Below are positions 29,779 through 39,369 of a DNA stretch of 63,329 nt, one piece after another. Positions within the stretch are counted from its first letter, which is position 1. Each line of letters begins with the position of its first letter. The notes under the pieces are model-generated. The model saw only the letters and a list, made by a program, of their open reading frames with translations. It had not been told where the DNA came from and made no database searches. Source of the stretch: an uncultured virus (IMG/VR IMGVR_UViG_3300042520_003480) (taxonomy: Duplodnaviria > Heunggongvirae > Uroviricota > Caudoviricetes). A program made the position numbers and the translations under genes. The DNA lies in the IMG/VR virus record IMGVR_UViG_3300042520_003480. The stretch is one strand, 5' to 3'.

Positions 29779-30399
29779 TCAAGCTTTGATTAACTTTTTT
29801 ACGTCATCCAACGAAAGCCCTACTTGTTGAGCTTCATCTAGCACTTTGTATAATTCGTTTAGCACATCGTCTACCTTTGATTGGTATTCTAATATTTTTT
29901 TATACTTTTGGATGTCCCCTTCCAATAAAACAGAATCATCTTCTAAGTTTTTGGTTGCTTCCATTAACTCTACTTTTGACCCTAAGTATCGTTTAAGCTT
30001 TAATATAGTCCTGACCATTGGCCCGAAGCTTTGTTTCTCTTGCTCTGTAACAGGACGCTTAATCTTATTTCCAACGTCATCAATTATACCTAGTTTATGA
30101 CATTCAAACTCAGTATAATTCTTTTTAAGCTCCGTTAGAAAAACGCTATTATCTAAAAAACTTTGTATAGAATCTTTCAACATATCATTAAAAACTCCTC
30201 CGTGAATGTGCAGGTCGCTTGTTGGATTTAATTTGCATCCTTTTCCGTAGCTAGGTGATCCACAGTAAGAGCACTTTGTAGAATCATCTGGATGAAAATG
30301 GCAACCATGCGGACCAAAACGACAACCTTTACCGTAACTTATTGATCCACAATAGGTACAGCGACTTTGTTGAGTTTTACGGCTGTTTGTTGGCTGCAT
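29779..30399 (-). CDS. hypothetical protein with a duplicated Cys/His zinc-binding repeat
   Basis: CTYCGSISYGKGC...HFH and CSYCGSPSYGKGC...HIH. Confidence 0.7.
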   Translation of the reverse strand: MQPTNSRKTQQSRCTYCGSISYGKGCRFGPHGCHFHPDDSTKCSYCGSPSYGKGCKLNPTSDLHIHGGVFNDMLKDSIQSFLDNSVFLTELKKNYTEFECHKLGIIDDVGNKIKRPVTEQEKQSFGPMVRTILKLKRYLGSKVELMEATKNLEDDSVLLEGDIQKYKKILEYQSKVDDVLNELYKVLDEAQQVGLSLDDVKKLIKA

Positions 30400-30679
30400 T
30401 TTGTTGTTGCGCCGCTAACAGTTGCTGTAAAGCTAAAATTGCTTTTTGGTGTTCTTGGTTGTTTGCAGCGTGTTTTGTTAGAGTCTCAAATGCCTTTAAT
30501 AATTCTGGATCTTGTTGTTGATTAGAATTTGGAGCAACATTTTGTTGTTGGTTATTAGTAGTTGGCTGAGCAGGCTGATTGGGACTTGGGGTTGTAACAA
30601 GTTTTGGAGCAGTTGGAGTTGGTGGCATGTTTTCTCCAAGATATGAAGCACAGAGTTCATCAAATGTTTGTTTGTTCAT
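30377..30679 (-). CDS. hypothetical Q/P-rich protein
   Basis: Low-complexity ORF with TAAATA upstream. Confidence 0.65.
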   Translation of the reverse strand: MNKQTFDELCASYLGENMPPTPTAPKLVTTPSPNQPAQPTTNNQQQNVAPNSNQQQDPELLKAFETLTKHAANNQEHQKAILALQQLLAAQQQNAANKQP

Positions 30680-30735
30680 AATCTTTATTTATCTATCTCA
30701 GTGAAAATTGTCTCTTTTATTTGATAATTAAGTTA

Positions 30736-32049
30736 ATGATTAATTTTGAAAATGTGGTTAGACGTTCGTTGTTTGAAATGACAACCGACGAGACCGCAGA
30801 GCCATCAACAGAGTCGTCAGTCGATTCAATCAACAACAGTGTGGCCTTTCTTTCTGATAAACCGTTAACTGAGTTTAATCAAGCTTATACAAAGTTTTAC
30901 AAAACAGCTTTAGATAAAAGTTCTTTTGGAACGTTGCTTGCTGTTATTTCTAAGTCAGCAAACCAAACAAATTACGTGCAAAGTGATTTTGAAAAATACG
31001 TTCAATTTTTTCCTTATGTAGACTTTGTCACAGAAGTTATTCAAACGGCAATTGGTCAAGACAAGCCCTTTTTAAATAAATTCAATCCAACTGAACACGG
31101 AACTGCAGCGATACAGGCAACAAAGAATTATATCAAGTATTTTCAAGAAAAAGCTGTAGTTGGTGGTTGGGAGCTCGAGTATCCTTGTAAAACAGCTCGT
31201 TCTTTAATTTTACAATCAGATCTAAGAAAGAAACAATACGGCCAAGTGGTTGGTTCCTTAGCTTTACAAAATTATTACAACAAATCAATACAGGTTACAA
31301 TTTTTTCTTTATTAAACGCTAGAAAAAAAGCAAGAGACCCTCAAAATATTACTCCAAACGCAAGCAATTACATACAGCAAATTTTACTAACTCCAGAAAA
31401 ATTTGCTGGAGGCAATATAAAAGTTCCTCAAGAATTTTCGAGGATATACGAACAGACAAGCGTTCAACAACTTATGAAGATTGGAGTTGCTATTAAAAAT
31501 TTCTACAACTTTGAGAAGTCAAATAAACAACGTGCACTAGATCAACAAAACGAAGGACGTAAAATTATAACATCAATTGAAGATTTCTTTTCTAACTCAT
31601 CAGTTACTAACGATACGTTTAAATGGGAGGCAGACGGACAAAGTCAATTGGATTTAGCTGGTTTGACATTTAATGGATTGTTACAGTTGATAGAGGACAC
31701 TCAAGCTGAGTTCTCATTTGATACCCCAAGCACTCAAGCTGAATTTCCTTTTAGTAGCGATAAATCTCTAGCAAAACCAACAACAACAATACCAAAGGAA
31801 TGGGATAACAAATTAAAACCCAATACTCCTCAAGCAAACACCAAACCCCTAGATGGACCAACTGGAGGGGGCTATAATATTAAAAACATTAAGTCGATGA
31901 CAAACGTCGATTCTGCTATAGAGTTATATAAAGAGTTAGAAAATTTTGCAAATTACATAAAAGAAGTAGAAGCAAAAAAAGGTCCGGATATAGCTGGAGC
32001 TCTAAAGGGAGCAACCAGAGCAGTAAAAGGTCTTAGCTTGGGAGTTTAA
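30736..32049 (+). CDS. hypothetical protein, possibly virion-associated
   Basis: Long ORF with the leader MINFENVVRRSLFE. Confidence 0.75.
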   Translation: MINFENVVRRSLFEMTTDETAEPSTESSVDSINNSVAFLSDKPLTEFNQAYTKFYKTALDKSSFGTLLAVISKSANQTNYVQSDFEKYVQFFPYVDFVTEVIQTAIGQDKPFLNKFNPTEHGTAAIQATKNYIKYFQEKAVVGGWELEYPCKTARSLILQSDLRKKQYGQVVGSLALQNYYNKSIQVTIFSLLNARKKARDPQNITPNASNYIQQILLTPEKFAGGNIKVPQEFSRIYEQTSVQQLMKIGVAIKNFYNFEKSNKQRALDQQNEGRKIITSIEDFFSNSSVTNDTFKWEADGQSQLDLAGLTFNGLLQLIEDTQAEFSFDTPSTQAEFPFSSDKSLAKPTTTIPKEWDNKLKPNTPQANTKPLDGPTGGGYNIKNIKSMTNVDSAIELYKELENFANYIKEVEAKKGPDIAGALKGATRAVKGLSLGV

Positions 32050-33037
32050 GCAGCTTTTGTTTAATAAGAGCTTCGTTTCCCTTTGCTGAATTCTTCACGA
32101 GAAATTTCCACGAGATTTCGTCAAGCTCTAGACTACAACAAATTTCATTAAAATCTTTGAACTTAGCAAATTCTTTTGGCCATATAAAAATTTTCTTTCC
32201 TTCTTTTATATACTTCTCGATCTTTTTTGATGTTTGTTTGTTGTTCTTGTCATTATCAAAAACGTATATTTGCTCAAAATTAATTAGATTGTTTAATTGT
32301 TGTAGTTGTTTTTCTGTAGGAGCTAACGACGCCATTGCAACACCGTTTTTAACAAACATTGAGTCAATTGGTCCTTCGAACACAAATACGTAAGGTATGT
32401 CGCTAACTACATTGTTGATTCCAAAGAGTTCTTTTTCTCCAAATTTAGTCAAATATTTAGGAAATTGGTTTTGAGTCAAGGCTCGTGTTTGATAACAGAC
32501 TACTTTACCATTATCGTCATAGAAAGGTATTACCAACCGATTTTTATGAACCTTATCCTCTAATGATACAAAAAAGCGTTTGCATTTATTGATAGCAGTA
32601 AACAAGCGTCTATTTTGACAATAATCTAAAGCTAACTTAACGAATTTATTATCCTTGTAAAATTCTATCTGAGTTGGGTCCAACAAATCTACGCTGCCTT
32701 CAGGAAGATCTGGTATGACTAAATCCTTAATAACAGGAGTTGATTTAATGTACTTTATTACTTCTCCTGACTTTTCGTTGTTCTTTTTTATAATCTCTGG
32801 AACAGTGAAAGAAGTAACTTCTTTTATCCATTCAAAGGGTCTCCATGATTTGGAGCAATTGTGACAATAAAAGTATTGCTTGGATGGAAAATAAAACAAT
32901 CTTCTTGAACGTCCAGCAGACTTTCCTTCTTTGCACACAGGACATTCCGCATTAAAAACGTTTTGATACTTCTTATGTATAGGTCGTTTACAATAAGAAA
33001 AAAACGTTTCTATCAAAAACTCTTGATTAAGCTCCAC
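32033..33037 (-). CDS. gp61-like DNA primase
   Basis: CPVC...CHNC Zn finger, RLVIPF, FEGPIDSMF TOPRIM, FDND and KDFNE. Confidence 0.93.
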   Translation of the reverse strand: MELNQEFLIETFFSYCKRPIHKKYQNVFNAECPVCKEGKSAGRSRRLFYFPSKQYFYCHNCSKSWRPFEWIKEVTSFTVPEIIKKNNEKSGEVIKYIKSTPVIKDLVIPDLPEGSVDLLDPTQIEFYKDNKFVKLALDYCQNRRLFTAINKCKRFFVSLEDKVHKNRLVIPFYDDNGKVVCYQTRALTQNQFPKYLTKFGEKELFGINNVVSDIPYVFVFEGPIDSMFVKNGVAMASLAPTEKQLQQLNNLINFEQIYVFDNDKNNKQTSKKIEKYIKEGKKIFIWPKEFAKFKDFNEICCSLELDEISWKFLVKNSAKGNEALIKQKLLKLPS

Positions 33038-33074
33038 GTATTTATTATACAGGAGCAGATAAAATAATCAAAAA

Positions 33075-33479
33075 TTATTTTTTAGCAGCGTGAATAATGA
33101 AGTTTTTAAGCTTCTCAGAAACCGAACGAAGAGTCTTAGCTGCATCTACAATGTCAGCACTTGTTCTGGAATAGATTCCTTCAAAGGGAGTCTCAATTTT
33201 ATCAAGTCTCGAAACTAAAGAATTTAATGAAGAACCATCAGTGCTGTTAAGTTTATTAGCAAAATCTTCGATTTGAGTAATATAATCAGTAAGACTGGTC
33301 GATGTTTGAGATACAGTATCAACTGGAGCGCTAGGTTCTTCTCCTCCCTCACCATCGGTTGCTAAGTCAGTAGGAGGAAGAGGCATTGGCTCGACATCAT
33401 CAAAATCAGCTGGATCAGCTACTTCGCTGTTGTCTTGTTCATTGATAAATACTCTGTTGTAAAGTTCGTCGAAGTTCAT
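33075..33479 (-). CDS. hypothetical acidic protein (head core-like)
   Basis: MNFDELYNRVFINE leader followed by an acidic linker. Confidence 0.65.
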   Translation of the reverse strand: MNFDELYNRVFINEQDNSEVADPADFDDVEPMPLPPTDLATDGEGGEEPSAPVDTVSQTSTSLTDYITQIEDFANKLNSTDGSSLNSLVSRLDKIETPFEGIYSRTSADIVDAAKTLRSVSEKLKNFIIHAAKK

Positions 33480-33500
33480 AATTATTTGATATTTATATTT

Positions 33501-33863
33501 ATGCTATTAGAACAAATTTTCTACAGCACTTTTTGGGTGTCAGCTTTCTCGATCGTGTGGTTTTGCACGGATTGGTTTATTCATTACACTCAATTATTGG
33601 GTATTATGGAAAAAGCTAGAACTGCTTATACATTATTTATTAGCAATAATCCAGACAAATACTTTCCTGATTTTTTATTTGAGTTATCCAAATTTACAGA
33701 CAACAGATTTATTAAATTCATTTGCAAGATGCTAAGCTGTCCGTTTTGCTTAATGGTTTGGTTATCCTTATTGTCCTCTACATTTTATGGTAATGCTATT
33801 ATAGCAGCCCCAGTATACGTGTTATCTTTGTTTATTGTCCTGAAAATAAAGCAGATGTTTTGA
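33501..33863 (+). CDS. membrane protein with a CPFC motif (DUF1360-like)
   Basis: Hydrophobic segments and LSCPFCLMVW. Confidence 0.6.
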   Translation: MLLEQIFYSTFWVSAFSIVWFCTDWFIHYTQLLGIMEKARTAYTLFISNNPDKYFPDFLFELSKFTDNRFIKFICKMLSCPFCLMVWLSLLSSTFYGNAIIAAPVYVLSLFIVLKIKQMF

Positions 33864-34626
33864 ACCGTTCAAACATTAATTTAATTTTAGGTTGTATGTC
33901 AGGCAATTCTACAACTTTATAATCTTCGTTATTGATGTTTAACCAAACAAGTTTTAATTTATCTATTTTAAGATTGGTATACTTTTCTACAAAGTATTTG
34001 TACGTATTAAGCTGTATGGCGTATTCATTTACCTCTCCTTCTGACATGTCATCAAAAGGATAAAACAAATTTCCGTACGGACTTTTGCTTTCCATTTTTT
34101 TGTTAGTCTTAAAATCTAAAATTTCTAGCTGTTCGCTGTTTGAATTATAGCACAGCAAGTCAGACATACCGCATATCCGAGTGTCCTCAATATCTCCTAA
34201 GACAATTTCGTTTTTAACACAAAGCAGGTGCTTGTGGTCATTATAAAAATTTTGAAAATACCCCACAAGCGTTGGAAGAGTGCTGCTTATTTTCTTCTTT
34301 TCGTCAAACCCCAAACCATCAAAACTTCCTTCAAATTCCACTCTCTTGTTGCAGTAGTAATTTTCTATATATTTGTGCAGCATTGAACCCAATGTAGTAG
34401 AATATAGGTTATTGAGTTCCCAATCAGCAAGTACTACGTCTATTGTGGTTTTATTTCTTTTAGCAACTCGGGCTGCTGCAGATTTCTTATCGAATTCTTT
34501 TTTAAATTTTTTAAGCAACCTCGTAACAGACGGACTGTTTGAGGGCTCTCCGTCAATTAGATATGAATGGCTTTTTTCAACAAAGGTAATCCTGTTAAAA
34601 ACGGAAAGTTCTTTAAACAAATTCAT
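33832..34626 (-). CDS. PD-(D/E)xK exonuclease (RecB/Cas4-like fold)
   Basis: PSVT, GSMLHKYIE, GMSDL, ILDFKT and QLNTY. Confidence 0.85.
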   Translation of the reverse strand: MNLFKELSVFNRITFVEKSHSYLIDGEPSNSPSVTRLLKKFKKEFDKKSAAARVAKRNKTTIDVVLADWELNNLYSTTLGSMLHKYIENYYCNKRVEFEGSFDGLGFDEKKKISSTLPTLVGYFQNFYNDHKHLLCVKNEIVLGDIEDTRICGMSDLLCYNSNSEQLEILDFKTNKKMESKSPYGNLFYPFDDMSEGEVNEYAIQLNTYKYFVEKYTNLKIDKLKLVWLNINNEDYKVVELPDIQPKIKLMFERFKTSALFSGQ

Positions 34627-34841
34627 TCAATTAACGACGCGTTTTGAATTTTAAAAAGTCCAAGATTTCTTCCTTCTTCTCTTAATACTCCTGTCATTTT
34701 TTTGTCCTCCCAAACCCATTTAACCATGTCTCCATCTTCATAATCAATGGAAAGGCTAGATGCAATGTTGTCTGTGTAGTTTTCGGAGTCAAAATAAAAA
34801 CTATCTCCGTCTTTGTATACGTATGCTGATATGTTTGTCAT
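34623..34841 (-). CDS. hypothetical protein
   Basis: Translationally coupled ORF. Confidence 0.6.
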   Translation of the reverse strand: MTNISAYVYKDGDSFYFDSENYTDNIASSLSIDYEDGDMVKWVWEDKKMTGVLREEGRNLGLFKIQNASLIE

Positions 34842-35275
34842 TATTGTTTACTGATAAAATTTTTTATAATATTTGCTTTTTGGGATTTAGGGTAAGAATA
34901 TTTATATTTTCCCCAATTTTTTGTGTTTACGTATTTATACCAAAGTTCGTTTCCGATGCAGTCTACTCCATTTTCTATTTTAAAAATATCATTAACCGTC
35001 ATGCAAGGTACGGAACAATAATGATAATTTTTCCATTTATTTCGCTTCACCGCAAAGTGATGCCCCATTTCATGAAAAAACGTATGAAGCATTTCTATTT
35101 TTGTTTGTTTTAAATCAATATATAGGCTTTTGGTAATAGCGTTGTACGTTCCTTTAACTCGCTTTGCTCTGTCTGCAAATGTAATTTTTTCAACTCCCAT
35201 TTTTATTGCAAAAGTTCGTATTAAAGACCTGAGGTCTTTTTTTGTTATACGAGGAGTTACAAAAATTTTATCCAT
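34841..35275 (-). CDS. HExxH metallopeptidase-like protein (ImmA/IrrE-like)
   Basis: TFFHEMGHH with a downstream Glu. Confidence 0.65.
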   Translation of the reverse strand: MDKIFVTPRITKKDLRSLIRTFAIKMGVEKITFADRAKRVKGTYNAITKSLYIDLKQTKIEMLHTFFHEMGHHFAVKRNKWKNYHYCSVPCMTVNDIFKIENGVDCIGNELWYKYVNTKNWGKYKYSYPKSQKANIIKNFISKQ

Positions 35276-35276
35276 A

Positions 35277-35498
35277 CTAATTTTCTACGAAACACGTTCC
35301 ATACAACAACGAGCTGTTTGAACTATGATCTCTTAGCATCCATTGAACACCAAATTGACGAAATTCCACAATTTGTTGATCTACGTTTCGCTCAACAAGA
35401 AGAACATTACAATCTCGATGTACAACCTCTGCTGCTTCATCCGACATTTTCATGCCTTTAAAGTAATACCGAATAACCCCTTTTACGCCTTTTTGCAT
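35277..35498 (-). CDS. hypothetical protein
   Basis: ORF in the operon. Confidence 0.55.
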   Translation of the reverse strand: MQKGVKGVIRYYFKGMKMSDEAAEVVHRDCNVLLVERNVDQQIVEFRQFGVQWMLRDHSSNSSLLYGTCFVEN

Positions 35499-35503
35499 TT
35501 TTG

Positions 35504-36352
35504 TTAAGCAGAGATTTTTCCTTTTTGACTATCTTTAATTAACAAATCCATAAGAGCTTTATTAAGACCGTGAGAATCAAACTTAAGAGTCGTGTCCGCT
35601 CCCTTCCAAAGAAGTTGATTTACTCGCACAGTATCAGAGTGACCTCGAATTGGACGAGAAAACCCCTCTACTCCCTTCATTAAATTTTCCTGAACTCGGT
35701 TGAACACTTGCCATGTATCATTTCCACTATCTTCATCTCGCCGAGGAGCAAGAAGAAGTTTGGTTGTATGTTCGATGTCTCGGAAACGTTTTGGCATAGC
35801 AGGACGGTAAAGGAAGCGTCCTTTAATTGCATATTCTGCAAACGAGAGTTGCTCTTCTTCATCAAGTTGACGAGACTTAAATTCCTCAATTTTGTTCTCA
35901 ATGATAGGAAACCGATTAGAAATAGCGGAAACTTGTTCCATAATTTGATCAAGTCGGTTGTCAGAAAAGCGATGTCTAGTACGAATTGTTTCTGCAGGGC
36001 CGCTAGCAACAATCAAACCGTTTGAGCAAAGAGTCCGAAACCATCCAATAGCAAACAGCAACCGCTTGGTCAAATTGTGCGAATTAAACATTTCAATCCG
36101 AGGAATCCCCTCTATTGAAAGATCATCAACTTTATCAAGATAGTTTTTATGAACCAGTGTAACTCGATGAGGAGCATATACATTCCTTCCCTGGGAGGTA
36201 GCTCCAGTAATAACCCAATCATCTTGCATTACTCGCTCGAGGATTTCTCGAGAAGAAACAAACTGATAACTATCTGACGCCTTATTAGAAGGTCCGGTTG
36301 CTCCAATTGCAGGAACGAGGTCAATTGCTTGGTCTAGTGTTAGAGTATTCAT
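35504..36352 (-). CDS. DUF932/DUF945-family protein
   Basis: SDSYQFV, NSHN, FRTLCSNGL and WQVFNRVQENL. Confidence 0.8.
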   Translation of the reverse strand: MNTLTLDQAIDLVPAIGATGPSNKASDSYQFVSSREILERVMQDDWVITGATSQGRNVYAPHRVTLVHKNYLDKVDDLSIEGIPRIEMFNSHNLTKRLLFAIGWFRTLCSNGLIVASGPAETIRTRHRFSDNRLDQIMEQVSAISNRFPIIENKIEEFKSRQLDEEEQLSFAEYAIKGRFLYRPAMPKRFRDIEHTTKLLLAPRRDEDSGNDTWQVFNRVQENLMKGVEGFSRPIRGHSDTVRVNQLLWKGADTTLKFDSHGLNKALMDLLIKDSQKGKISA

Positions 36353-36428
36353 ATGTTTTATTGTTACAAGAATGACCTTACTATAGTTTAAAGGACAAGG
36401 CAACAAAAAAACTTTAAACGACCAATGC

Positions 36429-37049
36429 TTATGATATGACAGACTCTACGAGCTTTGCTTCAGCCTCTCTTCGATCGATTAAACCATCTAAGTTTTTACC
36501 AACCCAAATTCTTTTCATTTTTCGAAATTCTAAAGCTATGTTTTTGTAATTTTTTTTGGGAACAAGCGCCTTAATGTTTCTCATTTCCAATCTTCTGTCT
36601 CCAACTAAACTCGTTCCTCTATTAAACACTAAAGACACGATTGCGCCATAAGCATCTGGATGCAACTTGTCTAATCCTGGAAATGTTTTTTCTGCAAGAG
36701 CTGTGAACTTTGGCCAAGTGAGTGTTTCAAAAATAGTTACAGCTTTATTCCATTCAACTGCAATTCCGGAACCTCTTAAAACTTTGGTGTATTCTTTTCC
36801 TTTTTCTCCTGTTTTTCCTGAAGCTTCTTGAACTAATTTTAATTGATCTTTAGATAAAAACGAAAAAATCTCTGCTAATTCATTTTTTGTATAATAGGCA
36901 CAATCTACTCCAATGGCTATTGTTGGACCCGAAGCTCCACCTGGCCACGTAAATTTAGACAAAAATTTATCATAGTATTCCTTGCCTCCGCCAACCTCGT
37001 ATCGCAATAACAATTCAAGAGTATTTGGAGACGGCTTAGAGAAGCTCAT
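36429..37049 (-). CDS. endolysin (lysozyme/pesticin-like muramidase)
   Basis: YEVGGG..YY, WPGGASGPTIAIGVD, SLVFNRG and GLIDRREAEA. Confidence 0.8.
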   Translation of the reverse strand: MSFSKPSPNTLELLLRYEVGGGKEYYDKFLSKFTWPGGASGPTIAIGVDCAYYTKNELAEIFSFLSKDQLKLVQEASGKTGEKGKEYTKVLRGSGIAVEWNKAVTIFETLTWPKFTALAEKTFPGLDKLHPDAYGAIVSLVFNRGTSLVGDRRLEMRNIKALVPKKNYKNIALEFRKMKRIWVGKNLDGLIDRREAEAKLVESVIS

Positions 37050-37458
37050 AATCATCCTCCTTTACGTTTGTTTGTATATAGGTCACTTCATTAATTGTCT
37101 CAGTAACTCCTTCCAAGGCTGCTCTAGAACTGCTTCCATATTTTAAATCCACAACAGCCTGCGCTCCCACATAAGAAGCAATAATAATAGCTAAAATCTC
37201 AATTGTTTTTGAAAAAATTGTCACAAACCCACTAACATATTCAGGAGATGTTGGAATAAAAAACATAATACCAACACTAGCAAAATAAAAAAAAGCGAGA
37301 ATGAGAACAGACGTAAAAACAATATAAAATTTACTAGAAGACATATGATTAATTGCTCTCATTCTTTCAATGTCTTCCAAAGGAGTATTTGGAGGGGACT
37401 TGTCGCTTCTTAAAAACGATGCTGCTGTAAGAGCAATGGCTTTTAACTGGTCCAACAT
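37036..37458 (-). CDS. holin-like protein with two transmembrane segments
   Basis: Two hydrophobic helices; overlaps the endolysin start. Confidence 0.6.
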   Translation of the reverse strand: MLDQLKAIALTAASFLRSDKSPPNTPLEDIERMRAINHMSSSKFYIVFTSVLILAFFYFASVGIMFFIPTSPEYVSGFVTIFSKTIEILAIIIASYVGAQAVVDLKYGSSSRAALEGVTETINEVTYIQTNVKEDDYELL

Positions 37459-37459
37459 A

Positions 37460-37567
37460 TCAGAAAAGACTCCTTACTATAAATCCAACAACAAAACCAA
37501 ATACAAAAATAAATCTTGCAGGATGTTCAAATTGCCATTTTTTTAATTTGTCTATAAATGTTTTCAT
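37460..37567 (-). CDS. small single-TM protein in the lysis cassette
   Basis: Hand-translated: MKTFIDKLKKWQFEHPARFIFVFGFVVGFIVRSLF. Confidence 0.55.
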   Translation of the reverse strand: MKTFIDKLKKWQFEHPARFIFVFGFVVGFIVRSLF

Positions 37568-37570
37568 AAA

Positions 37571-38176
37571 TTATAATATCCCTTTAATTCTCAAATAAGT
37601 TGCTCCACCCATTAGTAATAACAAAACTACAATAAGAACGTTTCTTTGCAAAATAGCTAAGTCTTTTTCCACTAATTTTTTTTGCATTATGTTTAAATCT
37701 TTTATCATTTTATCTCCGTACTCCAATTGACGGATTAGTTCTTCATCAACTATTTTTTTTGTTTCTATTAATTTTGCATTATCCTTTTCAATTTGAGAGA
37801 AGGTTTCTTTATCTTTCAATAACTGTTCATACTCCTGAGAGCTCACAACAACGATTGTATCATTCTTGTATTTTTCTGGAATAATGACAACTCTTTGTCT
37901 ATTAACAACCGTTGGAGAGCGTTTGCTGCTACTTGTAACTACGTCAATTGTTTTTTTGTAAATTGGTTGTATATCAATTCTGTTTTTTGGGGGTTTAACA
38001 ATTCTGCTAGCTTCAGCAACATATTTGTCTGCTAAATCTATTCTAGCTGTCTCAATTGAGTCCTTTGTAGCATAAACAGAACGCGACAATGCTTCTGACT
38101 GCTTTTCTGTATACACGGTGCAAGACGTTAACAGTAAAATAAAAAAACAGAAAAAAACAAACATATTTGGCATCAT
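37571..38176 (-). CDS. lipoprotein with a C-terminal TM helix, candidate unimolecular spanin
   Basis: Lipobox LLTSC, a coiled coil and C-terminal VLIVVLLLLMGGATYL; upstream of holin and endolysin. Confidence 0.65.
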   Translation of the reverse strand: MMPNMFVFFCFFILLLTSCTVYTEKQSEALSRSVYATKDSIETARIDLADKYVAEASRIVKPPKNRIDIQPIYKKTIDVVTSSSKRSPTVVNRQRVVIIPEKYKNDTIVVVSSQEYEQLLKDKETFSQIEKDNAKLIETKKIVDEELIRQLEYGDKMIKDLNIMQKKLVEKDLAILQRNVLIVVLLLLMGGATYLRIKGIL

Positions 38177-38230
38177 CTTTCTCATGATGATACTTAGCAA
38201 ATATGTTTGTTTTTTTATTGAGAGAAGTTA

Positions 38231-38431
38231 TTAAACGAAGTGTATTTCGTCTAACTTATCATTAAAGCTTACATAATCCTGTATGTATTTTTTGTGTTTG
38301 GTTGTTAGTATCTCCAACGCTTCCGCTTCTGTCAGCATGTGATAACGATACCTTTCAATAACCTCTGTTATTGATCCCCCTATCTCTTCTAAAGGAGGAT
38401 GTTTGAGTAAAAATAAAGCAGCTTGTGTCAT
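38231..38431 (-). CDS. hypothetical protein
   Basis: Likely start MTQAALF. Confidence 0.55.
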   Translation of the reverse strand: MTQAALFLLKHPPLEEIGGSITEVIERYRYHMLTEAEALEILTTKHKKYIQDYVSFNDKLDEIHFV

Positions 38432-38432
38432 A

Positions 38433-38633
38433 TCAAGCAAATGTAGTTTCAGGCAAAATAAAATAACCCATTTGCTCCAAAGCAATAATTTCCGGATCTT
38501 CACTCTCTTTAACATTAAAAGAAAAAGCAAAATTTGGATCACAAATGCTTCGAATTTGATATTTGTATCCAGTAGTTTCTTGTGCATTTTTTTCCATTTC
38601 TGGAAACAATGTTAGTTGTTCTTCGTTATTCAT
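38433..38633 (-). CDS. small hypothetical protein with a QLTLF motif
   Basis: Likely start MNNEEQLTLFPE. Confidence 0.55.
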   Translation of the reverse strand: MNNEEQLTLFPEMEKNAQETTGYKYQIRSICDPNFAFSFNVKESEDPEIIALEQMGYFILPETTFA

Positions 38634-38753
38634 TATTATTATTATTGTTTTTTTTTTTGTTTGTGTTGAGCTTTGACTGTTTTTATATTTTAAATCAGCT
38701 GAGTGGACATTACAACATATTTTTTCCATGTTTTAAATAAATAAATAAATAAT

Positions 38754-39125
38754 ATGGCAACAGTTATTATCACAAATCAACCTTCTTCTGTTTCAGCAGT
38801 TCCGGGACAAAATACAACCTTTTCTGTAACCCCCTCTGCTGACTTTTCTCCAGTAACATACACTTATCAATGGGAAGTTAATGGAGCCAACATTTCTGGA
38901 GCAACGAGCAACTCGTACTTCATTGATCCTCAATTAACTGATAACGGCAAGCGATATTCTGTTTCCCTTTCAGCTCTTTCAGCAGGTGTTGTTCAATCTA
39001 CGGTTTCTTCCGTTTCAGCGACATTAACTGTAGTAGCCAATGTTGGTCCTTATGCTTTTTGGGAGTTATATCCTGAGAGCGGTGAAGAGCGTCACACAAG
39101 ACTCCGTCATTTAGGATACGTTTAA
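38754..39125 (+). CDS. Ig-like (I-set) domain protein, candidate capsid decoration protein
   Basis: ITNQPSS, FSV, TYQW, DNGKRYSV and SATLTV; TAAATA repeats upstream. Confidence 0.8.
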   Translation: MATVIITNQPSSVSAVPGQNTTFSVTPSADFSPVTYTYQWEVNGANISGATSNSYFIDPQLTDNGKRYSVSLSALSAGVVQSTVSSVSATLTVVANVGPYAFWELYPESGEERHTRLRHLGYV

Positions 39126-39131
39126 AATTAG

Positions 39132-39205
39132 CGTGCTTGGCTGGGTTCGAACCAGCGACCAATAGCTTAGAAGGCTATTGCTCTATCCAGCTGAGCTACA
39201 AGCAC
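39132..39205 (-). tRNA. tRNA-Arg(UCU)
   Basis: Cloverleaf with anticodon loop CT-TCT-AA; CCA not encoded. Confidence 0.95.
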
Positions 39206-39208
39206 GAA

Positions 39209-39283
39209 TGGCTGACAAGGTAGGATTTGAACCTACGACCAATCGGTTAACAGCCGACCGCTCTACCGCTGAGCTACTTGTCA
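39209..39283 (-). tRNA. tRNA-Asn(GUU)
   Basis: Cloverleaf with CT-GTT-AA; CCA encoded. Confidence 0.95.
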
Positions 39284-39289
39284 AAAAAT

Positions 39290-39364
39290 TGGAGCCGGCA
39301 CTCGGATTCGAACCGAGGACCGACGCATTACAAATGCGTTGCTCTACCACTGAGCTATGCCGGC
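39290..39364 (-). tRNA. tRNA-Thr(UGU)
   Basis: Cloverleaf with TT-TGT-AA and CCA. Confidence 0.95.
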
Positions 39365-39369
39365 TAAAG

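Noticed and set aside
33832..34626. Cas4 as evidence of a CRISPR system
   Set aside because: No Fe-S cysteine cluster pattern, array or other cas gene; it is a stand-alone phage exonuclease.
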